This document shows positions 49,804 through 61,243 of a DNA stretch of 64,000 bases, piece after piece. How positions within the stretch are numbered: the stretch's first letter is position 1; the number at the start of each line of letters is the position of its first letter. Both the position numbers and the translations under genes were made by a program. This DNA comes from an uncultured Alphaproteobacteria bacterium (GTDB taxonomy: Bacteria > Pseudomonadota > Alphaproteobacteria > Rhizobiales > Aestuariivirgaceae), in assembly GCA_963850355.1 (NCBI GenBank), contig CAWKKP010000003.1, forward strand, positions 394,660 through 458,659, given 5' to 3'. The notes beneath the pieces are model-generated. The model searched no databases, was not told the DNA's origin, and saw only the letters and a program-made list of their open reading frames with translations.

Positions 49804-50943
49804 TCACTTTGCGGTCTCCCATTTTCCGGAGGCAGCAGATTTCAGAACCGCATCTGTCACCAGATCTGTTGCCAATGCATCACGGAAGGTTGGGGCAGCG
49901 GCTTTGCCCGTTTCAAGCCCTTCGATAAAGTCGGCGGCTTGGTGCACAAAACTGTGTTCGTATCCGATTTGCAAACCCGGCACCCACCACTTGGACATAT
50001 AGGGATGATCGCCGTCTGTGACGTGAATAGAGCGCCAACCGCGCGTTCGGCCTTCATCCCGGTGATCGAAATATTGCAAGCGGTGCAGATCGTGAAGGTC
50101 CCATTGGATCGAGGCCTTCTCACCATTGATCTCCAAAGTGTAGAGCGCTTTGTGACCACGGGCGTAGCGCGTAGCTTCAAAATTTGCGAGTGAACCATTG
50201 TCAAAGCGCGCCAAAAACAAACTGGCGTCGTCGATGCCCACTTTTTCTAATTTGCCTGTAAGGGTGTGCTCTCGTTCCTTGATAAACGTTTCTGTCATGC
50301 CGATGACGGTGTTGATGCCGCCGTTGAGCCACATGGCTGTATCAATGCAATGGGCCAGCAAGTCGCCAGTCACACCGCTGCCAGCAACATTCACATCAAG
50401 CCGCCAAAGGCCTTGGCCACCTTGGGGCAAGTCTGCTGAAATTGTCCAATCCTGTAGAAACTTGGCACGATAGTGAAAAATCTTGCCGAGCTTTCCCTCA
50501 TCAATAAATTGTTTGGCAAGCGTAACAGCTGGAATACGCCGATAGTTATACCAGACCATGTTGGCGACTTTGGCTGCCTCAACGGCCTTCACCATTGCGG
50601 CTGATTCCTTGGCATTGCGACCAAGCGGTTTTTCACACATCACCATCTTGCCAGCAGCTGCGGCAGCCATCGCAATGTCCATATGCATGTCGTTCGATGC
50701 GGCAATATCAATAACGTCGATGTCTTTGCGCTCGACAAGTTTGCGCCAATCAGTTTCCGTTAACTCATAGCCCCACTGATCAGCGAAGGCTTTGAGTTTG
50801 CCTGCATCGCGGGCGCAGGCCGCTTTCAAAACAGGTTTGTGTTGCAGATCAAAAAAATGTCCTGCTTGTGAAAACGCATTGGAATGTGCACGACCCATGA
50901 AGCCATAGCCGACCATGCCAATGTTAAGAGGTTTCTTGCTCAT
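49804..50943 (-). CDS. Gfo/Idh/MocA family oxidoreductase
   Basis: [22 protein letters not shown] and GYEHSF; ATG 50943 overlaps the upstream stop. Confidence 0.92.
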   Translation of the reverse strand: MSKKPLNIGMVGYGFMGRAHSNAFSQAGHFFDLQHKPVLKAACARDAGKLKAFADQWGYELTETDWRKLVERKDIDVIDIAASNDMHMDIAMAAAAAGKMVMCEKPLGRNAKESAAMVKAVEAAKVANMVWYNYRRIPAVTLAKQFIDEGKLGKIFHYRAKFLQDWTISADLPQGGQGLWRLDVNVAGSGVTGDLLAHCIDTAMWLNGGINTVIGMTETFIKEREHTLTGKLEKVGIDDASLFLARFDNGSLANFEATRYARGHKALYTLEINGEKASIQWDLHDLHRLQYFDHRDEGRTRGWRSIHVTDGDHPYMSKWWVPGLQIGYEHSFVHQAADFIEGLETGKAAAPTFRDALATDLVTDAVLKSAASGKWETAK

Positions 50944-51995
50944 CACGCTTGCCAACCGTGTTTGTCGCGCACCTTGATCATGGCCGCGAGAATGTCGTTC
51001 CAAGTTTTCTGTTGCAGCATCACATCATTGGGGAACATGCAGCCATCCCAGCAAATATGGCGGAAGGCTTTGGTCAGTGCGCCGTCGCGATCGCGCAACC
51101 AATAGCCAGCATGCTTCGGCACATCGAGTTTACCGTTCTTATCGGTGATCATGCAGTGCTTACCAGTCTTGTCATGATAGCCAAGACCCTTCACCGTGCC
51201 GTCGTTCTGTGCGACATGGAAGTCAATTGTCCACGGTCGCAGCGCATCGGTCATTTTCTTCAATGCTTCGTCGAGAGTTTTCTTGCTCTTCCAATCAAAC
51301 TTGGCAGGAAGCAGACGCGACTTTGGCGCGTTGTAACCCATCGTATATAAAAGCGTGTGCGCCATATCGGCTTGGAAACCAATGGTCTGCGGGCGATCCG
51401 TTTCTTCAAGGGTGTTGATCATATCGCGCCAAGAATGCATGCCGCCCCAGCAAATTTCACCTTCAGCTGCGAGGCGTTCGCCATAGTCAGAGGCCACGCT
51501 GCATGCTTCGCGGAAAGTTTTTGCGATCTTTTTTGTATTGCCAACAGGGTCTTTGGCCCAATCGGCAGGACCAGCAGCCGAGTCAATGCGAACAACGCCA
51601 TAGTGCCTAACTCCGAGATCGCGCAATCGCTTGCCGAGCTTGCAAGACTTTTCAACATTGGCCACGAACTTCTTGCGATCAGCTAGCGACCCCATTGCCG
51701 ATCCCCCGCCGACGGGCGGCCAAACGGGGGCCACGATTGAGCCGATGTTTAAGTTTTTCGCACGCACCTTGTCGGCAAGCCGTTTCACTTCATCATCTGT
51801 GAAATCAAGATTGGTGTGGGGTGCAACATGGAAAATGTCGATGCCGTCAAACTTGACACCGTCGACGCTGGCATTGGCTGTGAGGTCTATCAAAGTGTCG
51901 AGTGCAATGCCCGGTTCCGATTCTGATCCCTTGCCCACAAGTCCGGGCCACATTGCGTTATGGAGTTTGGGATAGTTGTTTTTCCCGGCCATCAT
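50943..51995 (-). CDS. Xylose isomerase-like TIM barrel protein (sugar phosphate isomerase/epimerase superfamily)
   Basis: [41 protein letters not shown] and HICWDG acidic/His metal-ligand pattern. Confidence 0.8.
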   Translation of the reverse strand: MMAGKNNYPKLHNAMWPGLVGKGSESEPGIALDTLIDLTANASVDGVKFDGIDIFHVAPHTNLDFTDDEVKRLADKVRAKNLNIGSIVAPVWPPVGGGSAMGSLADRKKFVANVEKSCKLGKRLRDLGVRHYGVVRIDSAAGPADWAKDPVGNTKKIAKTFREACSVASDYGERLAAEGEICWGGMHSWRDMINTLEETDRPQTIGFQADMAHTLLYTMGYNAPKSRLLPAKFDWKSKKTLDEALKKMTDALRPWTIDFHVAQNDGTVKGLGYHDKTGKHCMITDKNGKLDVPKHAGYWLRDRDGALTKAFRHICWDGCMFPNDVMLQQKTWNDILAAMIKVRDKHGWQA

Positions 51996-52053
51996 GTCCT
52001 CGCAGATTGTGCAACTCCATCCACAGTAGGACGACTTTAGGCTTGCTGTCTAC

Positions 52054-52077
52054 AACTGTTATATTAGTATGACAGTT
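52054..52077. promoter_or_regulatory. Imperfect 24-bp palindrome, candidate GntR/FadR operator
   Basis: AACTGTTATATTAGTATGACAGTT (20 of 24 symmetric), directly upstream of the GntR ATG in the divergent promoter region. Confidence 0.55.
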
Positions 52078-52771
52078 ATGCAAAAACTACTCCGCGAAAC
52101 CCGGCTTGATCGTAAAGCGCCGCTTGCGAGAGCAAATTTACACCTTGATTAGAAGCCTGATTTTAACAGGGAAAATCGGCCCCAGCGAAGTCATTGACGA
52201 GAAAGAAATTGCTTCACTCCTGAAGATTTCACGAACGCCCGTGCGCGAAGCCGTGAAAAAACTGAGTGACGAACACCTTGTCGACGTTGTCGCGCAATCG
52301 GGTACGCGCGCGTCTCGCATTGACCGCCATGAAGTGGAGCAAGCCTTCTTGATTCGCCGCGCATTGGAAATGGAAATCGCGGGACTGGCGGCCCTTCGCA
52401 TGTCGCAAATTCATGTCGATGCTTTGTCGGACATATTGATTGCTCACGCACGAGCCATTGAACGCAAAGACTTTATTGAGGCCATTGCCATTGACGATCG
52501 GTTTCACCGCACAATTGCTGAGATCAGCAATATGCCACGCCTGTGGCGTGCAATTGAAATTTCAAAAGCCCAACTTGACCGTTGCCGTTACATGATGCTG
52601 CCGCGCTCAGGCGAAGCTGAAGCAACACTTGAACAACATCGTGAAATCATCCGTGCATTGAACAGTAGAGATCCTGAACGCGCAAGACTTGCCATGGGTT
52701 CTCATCTTGAAAAGGCATATAGCAATGCGGCCAAAGTGCTTGATGCCGAATTGAAGAAGACCGGCAACTAA
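52078..52771 (+). CDS. GntR/FadR-family regulator with FCD domain (1-base insertion near 52125)
   Basis: ISRTPVREA wHTH, DDRFH and EQHREI; ATG 52078 gives MQKLLRETRLDRKAPLREQIY after removing one T. Confidence 0.9.
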
Positions 52772-54406
52772 CCTCGACTGGCCAAGCCTTCAAACAGCAT
52801 CGCAACGGCCTCGGCACCGGGATCGGTCACTCCATTCAAGTTTGACTCTGAAACGTAACTCGAGCGACCAGCACGGGCGCGTTTCATCTTTGCAGTCGCA
52901 TCAGCACCTTTGCGAGCGGCGCGTGCGGCATCCTCCACGATTCCGCCACGAGACAATACAGTCGAGGGCAGGCACCAAGGCATCAAGCATCGTGCGGTCG
53001 CCGGGCTTTGCCCCACCATAGGCCATCATCTTTTCAAGGCCAGCGTGCAACGCATTCTGCCATGACTGCCCCGAAGCGGCGGCTTGGCCTGCAGCCGTGA
53101 ACATGATGGCCATTAACACGCCGCTCGAACCACCCATGCTGCGCATGAAGCTGGCGCTGGCTGACGAAAAGAATGCATCAAGTCTGGCCAATGGCAATTT
53201 ATGAAGGTTGGCTTTCAAGTGCCGTGCTGCTGTTGCAATGGTTGATCCTGTATCCCCATCGCCGACTTTGGCATCGAGTGCATTCAGTTTTTGTTCCGCT
53301 CCAAGCAGAATATCGCAACTGCTTCCAACCAATGCAGCCAAAGCATCGTTTTTGCTGGCTCGTACCGGTTTCACTTTCATCGCGCGCGGCAGTTTTACCA
53401 ATTTCGGTTGCACGTGTGTGTGCATGCCTGGCCACACCAATGGGGCTGCAGGTGATTTGAGCGCAACTTCAAAGTCAGGTGTCAATGGCAACAGGCTCAA
53501 TGAAAAGCCGTGCATATCCAGCGAAGTCACAAGTGCTGCAGGTCCACACACAAGTTTGATCTTTTTGCCGTGGCGACTTTTCAAAACCTCATTCGCCAAT
53601 AAATTCATTTCGAGCGGCGTAGCAGAACCAAGATTGTTGATCATTAAGGCATAGCTGCGGGCAGGTTTCACTTTCTTAAACAGGCGATCAGTGACGAGAG
53701 CGACGGAGTGTTGCGCACCTTGGAATGTGACCAAATCCGCGCCCGGTTCTCCGTGAATGCCAAGTCCCAGTTCGGCTTTGCCATCGGGTATGCGGTCTTC
53801 ACGGCCAATGCCGGGCAAGGTGCAAGACGTCAACGCAATGCCCAATGAAACCAGCCCGTCTGCGGCGCGCTGAGCGATATGAGCGACCTTTTTGAGCGGC
53901 CAACCCTTGGCCGCATAATGGCCGGCGATCTTTTCAACAAACAACACACCTGCAATGCCGCGTGGTTGTTCAATCCCTGGAATTGCGATGTCTTCTTTCA
54001 CGATAATAATTTCGACCTGCTTGCCAAGGGCACGCGCGCGTTCCGCCGCAAGACCAAAGTTCAAGCGATCGCCAGTGTAGTTTTTGAAAATCAACAAGCA
54101 GCCACCCTTGCCAGTCACAGACATAATGGCTGCAAACACGGCATCCACACTTGGGGAGGCAAAAACTTCACCGCATACAGCGGCCGTCAAAAGTCCCGGA
54201 CCCACAAACCCTGCATGGGCTGGCTCGTGTCCAGAACCCCCGCCAGCCACAAGGGCCACGTGTTTGGCATTATGATCGGTGCGCAAGATCACTTTGATGC
54301 CGGGATAGCCATCAAGCCGCGCCAAATTTGCACCACCAGACGATCGCAACAGCCCATCCAGCGCGTCAACGACGAGTTTTTCCTTGCTGTTGATGAATTG
54401 CGCCAT
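52768..54406 (-). CDS. dhaK: Dihydroxyacetone kinase family, fused DhaK-DhaL (ATP-dependent) (1-base insertion near 52960)
   Basis: GGGSGHEPAHAG, KNYTGDRLNF, GIHGEPG, DGDTGST, MGGSSG, GDRTMLDAL and C-terminal AGRSSYV..DPGA in the adjacent frame; ~545 aa. Confidence 0.88.
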
Positions 54407-54597
54407 TGCAGAGTTCTCCTAGAGATTTTGCTTGGCGTATTGTTACGCATAACTGTGATGTGGAGCACAAGGATGTCGCTCGGAGCCGCATATGATTACC
54501 CAGAATGTCGGAAATCGATTGATGCATGGCGAAAACGGATGCGATAAACAAGCACTCAGCTTTCAGAATGGGAGCACAAACAAAGGGACCGACGAAA

Positions 54598-55848
54598 TTG
54601 AAATATTCAGGTTGGCGGGTCATCGCTGAGGCATTGACAGGTCACAAGGGGTGGAAGCCAGTTTGGCGCGATCCTGTTCCGCAGGCTGAATATGATTATA
54701 TTATCGTCGGTGGCGGTGGGCATGGACTTGCAACGGCCTATTATCTCGCCAAGGAGTTTGGCCAAGCCCGCATTGCGGTGTTGGAAAAGGGTTATCTGGG
54801 TGGCGGCAATGTGGGGCGCAATACCACGATTATCCGGTCTAACTATCTGCTCGATGGCAATGAGCCGTTCTATGAGTTTTCATTGAAGTTGTGGGAAGGC
54901 TTGGAGCAAGACTTCAATTACAATGCAATGGTAAGCCAACGCGGCATTATGAACTTGATCCACACCGACGCGCAACGCGATGCGTTTACACGGCGCGGCA
55001 ATGGCATGATCCTCAATGGTGCTGATGCGGAGCTGCTGAACCGTGATCAAGTGAAAGCGATTTATCCCTTCCTGAATTTTGATAATGCGCGTTTCCCCAT
55101 CAAAGGTGCACTGGCACAAAAGCGTGGCGGCACAGTGCGCCATGATGCCGTAGCCTGGGGCTATGCCCGTGGTGCCGACATACGCGGCGTCGATCTCATT
55201 CAAAATTGCGAAGTCACAGGTTTCAAGATTGCAGATGGCCGCGTGCGTGGCGTTGAAACAACGCGCGGCTTTATTGGTGCTAAAAAAATTGGCGTTGCTG
55301 TGGCGGGCTCATCGTCAAAAGTCATGGCCCATGCTGGCATGCGCTTGCCAATCGAAAGTCATGTGTTGCAGGCTTTCGTGTCTGAAGGTTTAAAACCGTT
55401 GATTGACGGCGTGATGACTTTTGGTGCCGGGCACTTCTACGTCAGTCAATCCGACAAGGGCGGCCTCGTGTTTGGAGGCGACATAGATGGTTACAATTCT
55501 TACGCCCAACGCGGCAACTTGCCTGTGATCGAGGATGTAGCGGAAGGCGGCATGGCACTGATGCCAATGATTGGCAGGGCCAGATTATTGCGCGCTTGGG
55601 GTGGCATCATGGACATGTCGATGGATGGTTCACCCATTATAGATAAAACACATATCGACGGCCTCTACTTCAACGGCGGTTGGTGCTACGGTGGCTTTAA
55701 AGCAACGCCTGCCAGCGGCTGGTGCTTTGCACATTTGCTCGCAAAAGACGAACCTCACAAAACAGCCACCGCCTATCGTTTTGATCGCTTCCTGAAAGGA
55801 TTGATGATCGACGAAAAAGGCATGGGCGCAACACCGAATTTGCATTGA
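54598..55848 (+). CDS. soxB: Sarcosine oxidase beta subunit family (possibly MgdA)
   Basis: GGGGHGLATAY, GNVGRNT, HDAVAWG and GGWCYGGFKATP; TTG 54598 with AAGGGA RBS gives 416 aa. Confidence 0.92.
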   Translation: MKYSGWRVIAEALTGHKGWKPVWRDPVPQAEYDYIIVGGGGHGLATAYYLAKEFGQARIAVLEKGYLGGGNVGRNTTIIRSNYLLDGNEPFYEFSLKLWEGLEQDFNYNAMVSQRGIMNLIHTDAQRDAFTRRGNGMILNGADAELLNRDQVKAIYPFLNFDNARFPIKGALAQKRGGTVRHDAVAWGYARGADIRGVDLIQNCEVTGFKIADGRVRGVETTRGFIGAKKIGVAVAGSSSKVMAHAGMRLPIESHVLQAFVSEGLKPLIDGVMTFGAGHFYVSQSDKGGLVFGGDIDGYNSYAQRGNLPVIEDVAEGGMALMPMIGRARLLRAWGGIMDMSMDGSPIIDKTHIDGLYFNGGWCYGGFKATPASGWCFAHLLAKDEPHKTATAYRFDRFLKGLMIDEKGMGATPNLH

Positions 55849-55855
55849 GAACGCC

Positions 55856-56143
55856 ATGATCATCAACCATCCCCTCCTAGGTCCACGTGATGCGCAAGAG
55901 TTCGTTTATCTCGGCGACGCGAGCTTGATGAACAGGCCCGATGGCATGGCGCCTGATGCCATCGCCGCATTTCATGACTATGCCTATCAACGCAACAACC
56001 CGGCTGGCGAGCACCGTGAGCTTTGGTATCACGAACAAGGTGATCGCAGTTGGCTTGTGGTCACGCGCAACACCGTGACGCATGAGATTACCAAAGTTGA
56101 GATGGCGCGCGACGTTGCCCGCAGTTTGGGGCGTTCAACATGA
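55856..56143 (+). CDS. soxD: Sarcosine oxidase delta subunit family (cysteine-free variant)
   Basis: GPRDAQEFVYLG, RNNPAGEHRELWYH and RNTVTHEI; sits between soxB and soxA. Confidence 0.88.
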   Translation: MIINHPLLGPRDAQEFVYLGDASLMNRPDGMAPDAIAAFHDYAYQRNNPAGEHRELWYHEQGDRSWLVVTRNTVTHEITKVEMARDVARSLGRST

Positions 56144-59091
56144 GTCAGAGCAATCGCATCACAGGCGGCCAGATTGATCGCAGCAAAACGCTTTCCTTCA
56201 CGTTCGATGGCAAGTCTTTCACCGGTCACCCCGGTGATACGCTAGCATCTGCTTTGCTCGCCAATGGCGTGCAGTTGATGGGGCGGAGCTTCAAGTATCA
56301 TCGTCCGCGTGGACCATTGTCGGCAGGTTCAGAAGAACCCAACGCGCTGGTTGAATTGCGAACGGGTGCAAGACTTGAACCCAACACACGGGCTACCGTC
56401 GCAGAATTATTCGACGGACTTGAAGCCAACAGCCAAAATCGTTGGCCGTCATTGGCCTTCGATGCCTTGTCAATTAATGATCGTCTCTCAAGTTTTTTCG
56501 CCGCTGGTTTTTACTACAAAACCTTCATGTGGCCTGCGGCTTTCTGGGAGAAGCTCTATGAGCCAATCATTCGCCGGGCGGCGGGCTTGGGCTCGATGTC
56601 GAAACACGAAGACCCTGATCAATATGACAAAGGCTTTCTGCATTGTGACCTATTGATCATTGGTGCTGGTCCCGCTGGTTTGATGGCCGCGCTCACGGCG
56701 GGACGCGCCGGTGCGCGTGTGATTTTAGCAGATGAAGATTTCCGAATGGGTGGGCGGTTAAATGCCGAGACCTATGACGTTGGTGGCGCGACTGGCACTG
56801 AATGGGCGGCGGCTGTTGTCTCCGAATTGGCAAGCCTGCCCAACGTGCGGCTTATGTCTCGTACTACAGTCATTGGCGCATTTGACCATGGCATTTACAG
56901 CGCAGTGGAACGGGTGAGTGATCATTTGACCGTACCACTCCCCGGAAGGCCACGGCAGACGCTGTGGCGGATATATTCACAACACGCCATTCTAGCTGGT
57001 GGTGCCACGGAACGCCCCATCGCGTTTGAAAATAATGATCGTCCCGGCATTATGTTGGCGGGCAGCTTGCGCGCCTATGCCAATCGTTGGGCTGTGACTG
57101 TGGGTGATCGCGTTGCGGTGTTTACGAACAACGATGACGGATTGCGAACCGCGACGGATTTGCAAGCCAAAGGCGCTGATGTTGTTGCACTGATAGACAG
57201 TCGCGAAGGCGGCGCATTGTTGCCGGGCATTCGGCATTTGCGCGGGGCCGAAGTCATCGATACCGAAGGTCGGCTTGGTTTGAAGTCGATCACTGTGCGG
57301 CATGCCAATGGAAAAACCGAAACCATCAACGCGAACGCACTGGGTGTTTCGGGTGGATGGAATCCCAATGTCAACATCACCTCGCACCATCGTTCGAAGC
57401 CAAATTGGGATGAAGGCATCGCAGCCTTTGTACCGGGTGAGGGTGGTCCTGCCAATCTCGCCGCCGCAGGTGCCGCAAACGGTGCAATGTCAACCCATGC
57501 CGCTTTGGTGACAGGGAAATCGCAGGCCGTGCAGGTTCTTTCTGCGCTTGGTATCAAGGTCGCCGAAAGTGCATTGCCCAAAGCCGAAGACGCACCTGTT
57601 GCCATCAAGCCGCTCTGGTATGTGAAATCAGGCAAGGGTCGTGCATGGATTGATTTCCAGAATGATGTGACTGTCAAAGATGTGAAACTGGCGCATCAGG
57701 AAAATTTCTCATCCGTCGAACACTTGAAACGCTACACCACGCTTGGCATGGCGACGGACCAGGGCAAGACGGGCAATGTCGTTGGACTTGCTGTAATGGC
57801 GGAATTAACCGGTCGATCAATTCCCGAAACCGGAACAACAATTTATCGCCCACCTTATACACCAGTGGCCATGGGTACCCTCGCTGGTCGATCACGCGGC
57901 AAAGAGTTCAAACCATTTCGCCTCACGCCATCGCACAAGTGGGCGACAGAGCAGGGCGCAATCTTTGTCGAAGTCGGCATGTGGTTGCGCACGCAATGGC
58001 TGCCGCGCGCAGGCGAAACCCATTGGCGGCAATCGGTTGATCGCGAAGTTTTGGCGACAAGAAAATCCGTTGGCATTTGCGATGTCACAACTCTGGGCAA
58101 AATTGACATCCAAGGCACGGACGCTGGCAAATTTCTGGATCGCGTTTACGCCAATACATTTTCATCATTGGCCGTTGGCAAGTGTCGTTATGGCTTAATG
58201 TTGCGCGAAGACGGCATCGTCTTCGACGACGGCACCACGGCGCGTATGGGTGAACATGAATATGTGATGACGACGACGACAGCGAATGCTGTCACCGTAT
58301 TCCGCCATCTCGAATTTGTGCGGCAATGCCTCTATCCCGATTTGGATGTACAACTGATTTCGACAACGGAAGCTTGGGCGCAGTATTCTGTTGCAGGTCC
58401 GAATGCGCGAAAGCTGCTTGCGAAGATTGTGGATCAGGACATTTCTGATGAGGTATTCCCTTACATGGGAGCAGGCAACATCACTGTCTGTGGCGGCTTG
58501 CGCGCGCGGCTATTCCGCATCAGTTTCTCCGGCGAATTGGCATTCGAGATTGCTGTGCCCACACGCTACGGCGATGCGATGATCCGCAAGCTCGTCGAGG
58601 TTGGCAAAGAGTTTGATGCAGTTGTTTATGGCACTGAAACTTTAGGCGTCATGCGTATCGAAAAGGGCCATGTGGCAGGCAATGAATTGAATGGCCAATC
58701 GACTGCACTCAACATGGGCCTTGGCAAAATGGTGTCGAAAAAGAAAGACTCCATTGGCATGGTGCTGTCGCAACGCGAAGGAATGAACGCCCCTAACGGC
58801 TATCGCCTGGTTGGTGTCAAACCTGTTGATGCGTCGCAACCCTTGACGGCAGGGCAGTCATTTTTTGGAGATCGGCGCCGCGCCTGTTTTGGAAAGTGAT
58901 GGTGGTTGGTTGACATCGATGGTTTACTCGCCACATATCGGATCACAATTGCGCTTGGATATTTGAAAGCCGGTGACAAGAAAATGGGCCAGCGCATGCG
59001 GGCGGTCAATTTCCTCAACAAGACGGATGTGGAGATTGAAATAGTCAGCCCGCATTTCTTTGATCCAGAGGGAGAACGTCTCCGTGGCTAA
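56140..59091 (+). CDS. soxA: Sarcosine oxidase alpha subunit family (compensating frameshifts at ~58853 and ~58948)
   Basis: RSFKYHRPRG, GAGPAG, KRYTTLGMATDQGK and GcvT-like DVTTLGK..MLREDG. The C-terminus ..VSPHFFDPEGERLRG is in the same frame, ending at 59091. Confidence 0.92.
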
Positions 59092-59652
59092 TTCTCCATT
59101 GAAGTCGCTCACGGCACTGGGCAATGATGATCCGAAAATTGTTGAGATCGGAAGCTATCGCATCGCCGAACGGTTTGACGTCGCACTTGCGTCAGTCGCC
59201 GCGCGTAAGGGCCGCCAGAGGGCTATGGCAAAAGCAGCTAAAGCCGCCAAAGTGCCACTTCCAGGTCCTGCACAGTCTGCGTCGTCGGCAATCTTATAGC
59301 GCATTTTGGCTATCAGCCGATCAGTGGATGGTCGAAGCCCCATTTGCCACTTACGAAGACATCGCAGCGCATTTGAAAACCTTGTTTGGTGATGCAGCGT
59401 CGATCACTGAACAAACCGATGCGTGGGTTCGCCTTGATGTGTCAGCCCCAAATTTGCATCCGCTATTCGAACGACTTTGCAATGTTGATCTGTCCAACTG
59501 CTCCGATAGGTTTTGCTTCGCGCACGGTGATCGAGCATTTGGGCTGTTATCTCATCAAGCACAGCAAGAGTGATGTAACACTTTACGGTCCACGTTCGTC
59601 TGCGGCCAGTCTCTTGCATGTTCTCGAAGTCGCAGCGCAATCTGTGGTTTGA
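59084..59652 (+). CDS. soxG: Sarcosine oxidase gamma subunit family (insertions at ~59291 and ~59502)
   Basis: GTG 59084 overlaps the soxA end; the pieces give LKSLTALG, AFWLSADQWMV, EQTDAW, RLCNVD, RTVIEHL and RSSAASL; ~188 aa. Confidence 0.82.
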
Positions 59653-59726
59653 TTGATCCGGCCCTTGTCGGCTCTCATGTTTCCCTGTAGTGAAAAAATT
59701 GATTTTGACATTCACAGGCATGAGAC

Positions 59727-60397
59727 ATGAGCAACGCGAAAGAAACCGATTGAAATTCCGCGTGGCAAGCCCGCCTTCGATCAAGACCCCCACCGGGTGC
59801 GTGAAATTTCCGAGCGTAACCTTGAAGCCGCCATCGGCCGTGAAGTACGAAATTTCCGCCGCCAACAAGGCATGACGGTTGCTGATCTCTCAAGTGTGAC
59901 AGGAATTTCCATTGGCATGTTGTCGAAGATTGAAAACGGCAATACGTCACCGTCACTCACCACACTGCAAGTGCTCAGCCATGCATTCTCGGTGCCCGTC
60001 ACTGCATTTTTCAAAAGCTATGAAGAACGCCGCGAAGCGGTGCACGTCAAAGCCGGTGAACATATTGAAATTGAAAGACGCGGCACGAGGGCCGGTCATC
60101 AATATAATCTGTTGGGCCACATCGGCTCAAACTCGTCAGGCGTTGTCGTTGAACCTTACATTATCACGCTGACCACCGAGAGTGACACATTCCCCGCTTT
60201 TCAACACGAAGGCTTGGAACTGCTCTATATGCTGGAAGGTGAAGTAGATTATCGCCACGGCGACCAGGTCTATAAATTGAAGCCCGGTGATAGCTTGTTC
60301 TTCGACGCGGATTCGCCGCACGGCCCAGAAAACTTTAGCCAAATTGCCTGCGCGCTATTTGTCGGTCATTTCCTATCCACAAGGCAAGAACACTTAA
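59727..60397 (+). CDS. XRE-family HTH plus cupin transcriptional regulator (insertions at ~59740 and ~60335)
   Basis: MLSKIENGNTSPSL HTH and cupin HEGLE..GDSLFFDADSPHG. Corrected ends are MSNAKKPIEIPRG.. and ..LPARYLSVISYPQGKNT. Confidence 0.86.
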
Positions 60398-60551
60398 GGT
60401 AATGTGCTGCACTGCATCATGACTTGTTCTTGACAATCCCAGATATCGGACGTTTCCTGACAGACAACAAAATTGCCCCGTTGCAAATCGAATCAATGGG
60501 CGGACTGGTCGTGACGGGAAAAAAAGTACCAGGCCTGCGGGAGGAACGTCG

Positions 60552-60839
60552 ATGTCTGACCTCAATCAAAGGATTGAGGCCATGTACCGCTCAGATGTGC
60601 GCGGTGCTTGGTCTTTTGTCGCGGCTCTATGGATTGCCGTGCTATTTGTACTTTTCATGTCTTGGCCGCATATTCCCGACAGCACAGTGCGCATCGTCGC
60701 TTTGATTGCAGCGGCTGCAGTTCTCATTTTCAATACGGCCTCAATCGCTGCGATGGTGAAAAACTACGCTGCTGACAAACACTTCATCTACGGCCTTGAT
60801 ATCAAGACGTTGGATGAAGTCCGCAAGCATAAAGTCTGA
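60552..60839 (+). CDS. Small membrane protein of unknown function
   Basis: GGAGG RBS, 95 aa, two hydrophobic segments. Confidence 0.78.
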   Translation: MSDLNQRIEAMYRSDVRGAWSFVAALWIAVLFVLFMSWPHIPDSTVRIVALIAAAAVLIFNTASIAAMVKNYAADKHFIYGLDIKTLDEVRKHKV

Positions 60840-60850
60840 GGGGGCGCATC

Positions 60851-61231
60851 ATGGCAAAATACAATCCACCAGAACAAGCCAAGGCGATGCAATGGTTCGA
60901 TATCGTTGTTATTGTCGGCGCGATATTTTTGGCGTTGTGGTTCCCGCTCTATATGGGCTGGGCTGGCAATACCAAAGTTGTTGAAAAAATTGAAAACCCG
61001 ACTTGGGAATTGCTGAAGCAAACGCCAGCGCAAGTCGAGCAATGGGTGAAGCTTGGTTACGCTGATGCAGCGGCGGCCCATGACGTCATTCAAAGCAAAT
61101 GGGACTACTCCATTAACTGGGTGCAGTTGATTTTGTTGACCATCGCATTGGTTGGATATTTCGTCTTTCTGTTCCGGGCCTCTGACAAAGAGTATCGCGA
61201 TGTGATCGACGAAAAGTTCAACGGCAAATAG
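60851..61231 (+). CDS. Small membrane protein of unknown function
   Basis: GAGG RBS, 126 aa, two TM segments around a soluble loop. Confidence 0.78.
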   Translation: MAKYNPPEQAKAMQWFDIVVIVGAIFLALWFPLYMGWAGNTKVVEKIENPTWELLKQTPAQVEQWVKLGYADAAAAHDVIQSKWDYSINWVQLILLTIALVGYFVFLFRASDKEYRDVIDEKFNGK

Positions 61232-61243
61232 GAGCTCACGATC

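Noticed and set aside
50943-51995. Assigning this TIM barrel (or the one at 38457) as eryC or xylA
   Set aside because: Neither shows the N-terminal sequence I associate with EryC or the XylA motifs; left at superfamily level.
4787-60336. Programmed ribosomal frameshifting or phase variation as the cause of split genes
   Set aside because: No shared slippery heptamer or long homopolymer/SSR tracts; shifts occur in unrelated metabolic genes, up to four per gene.
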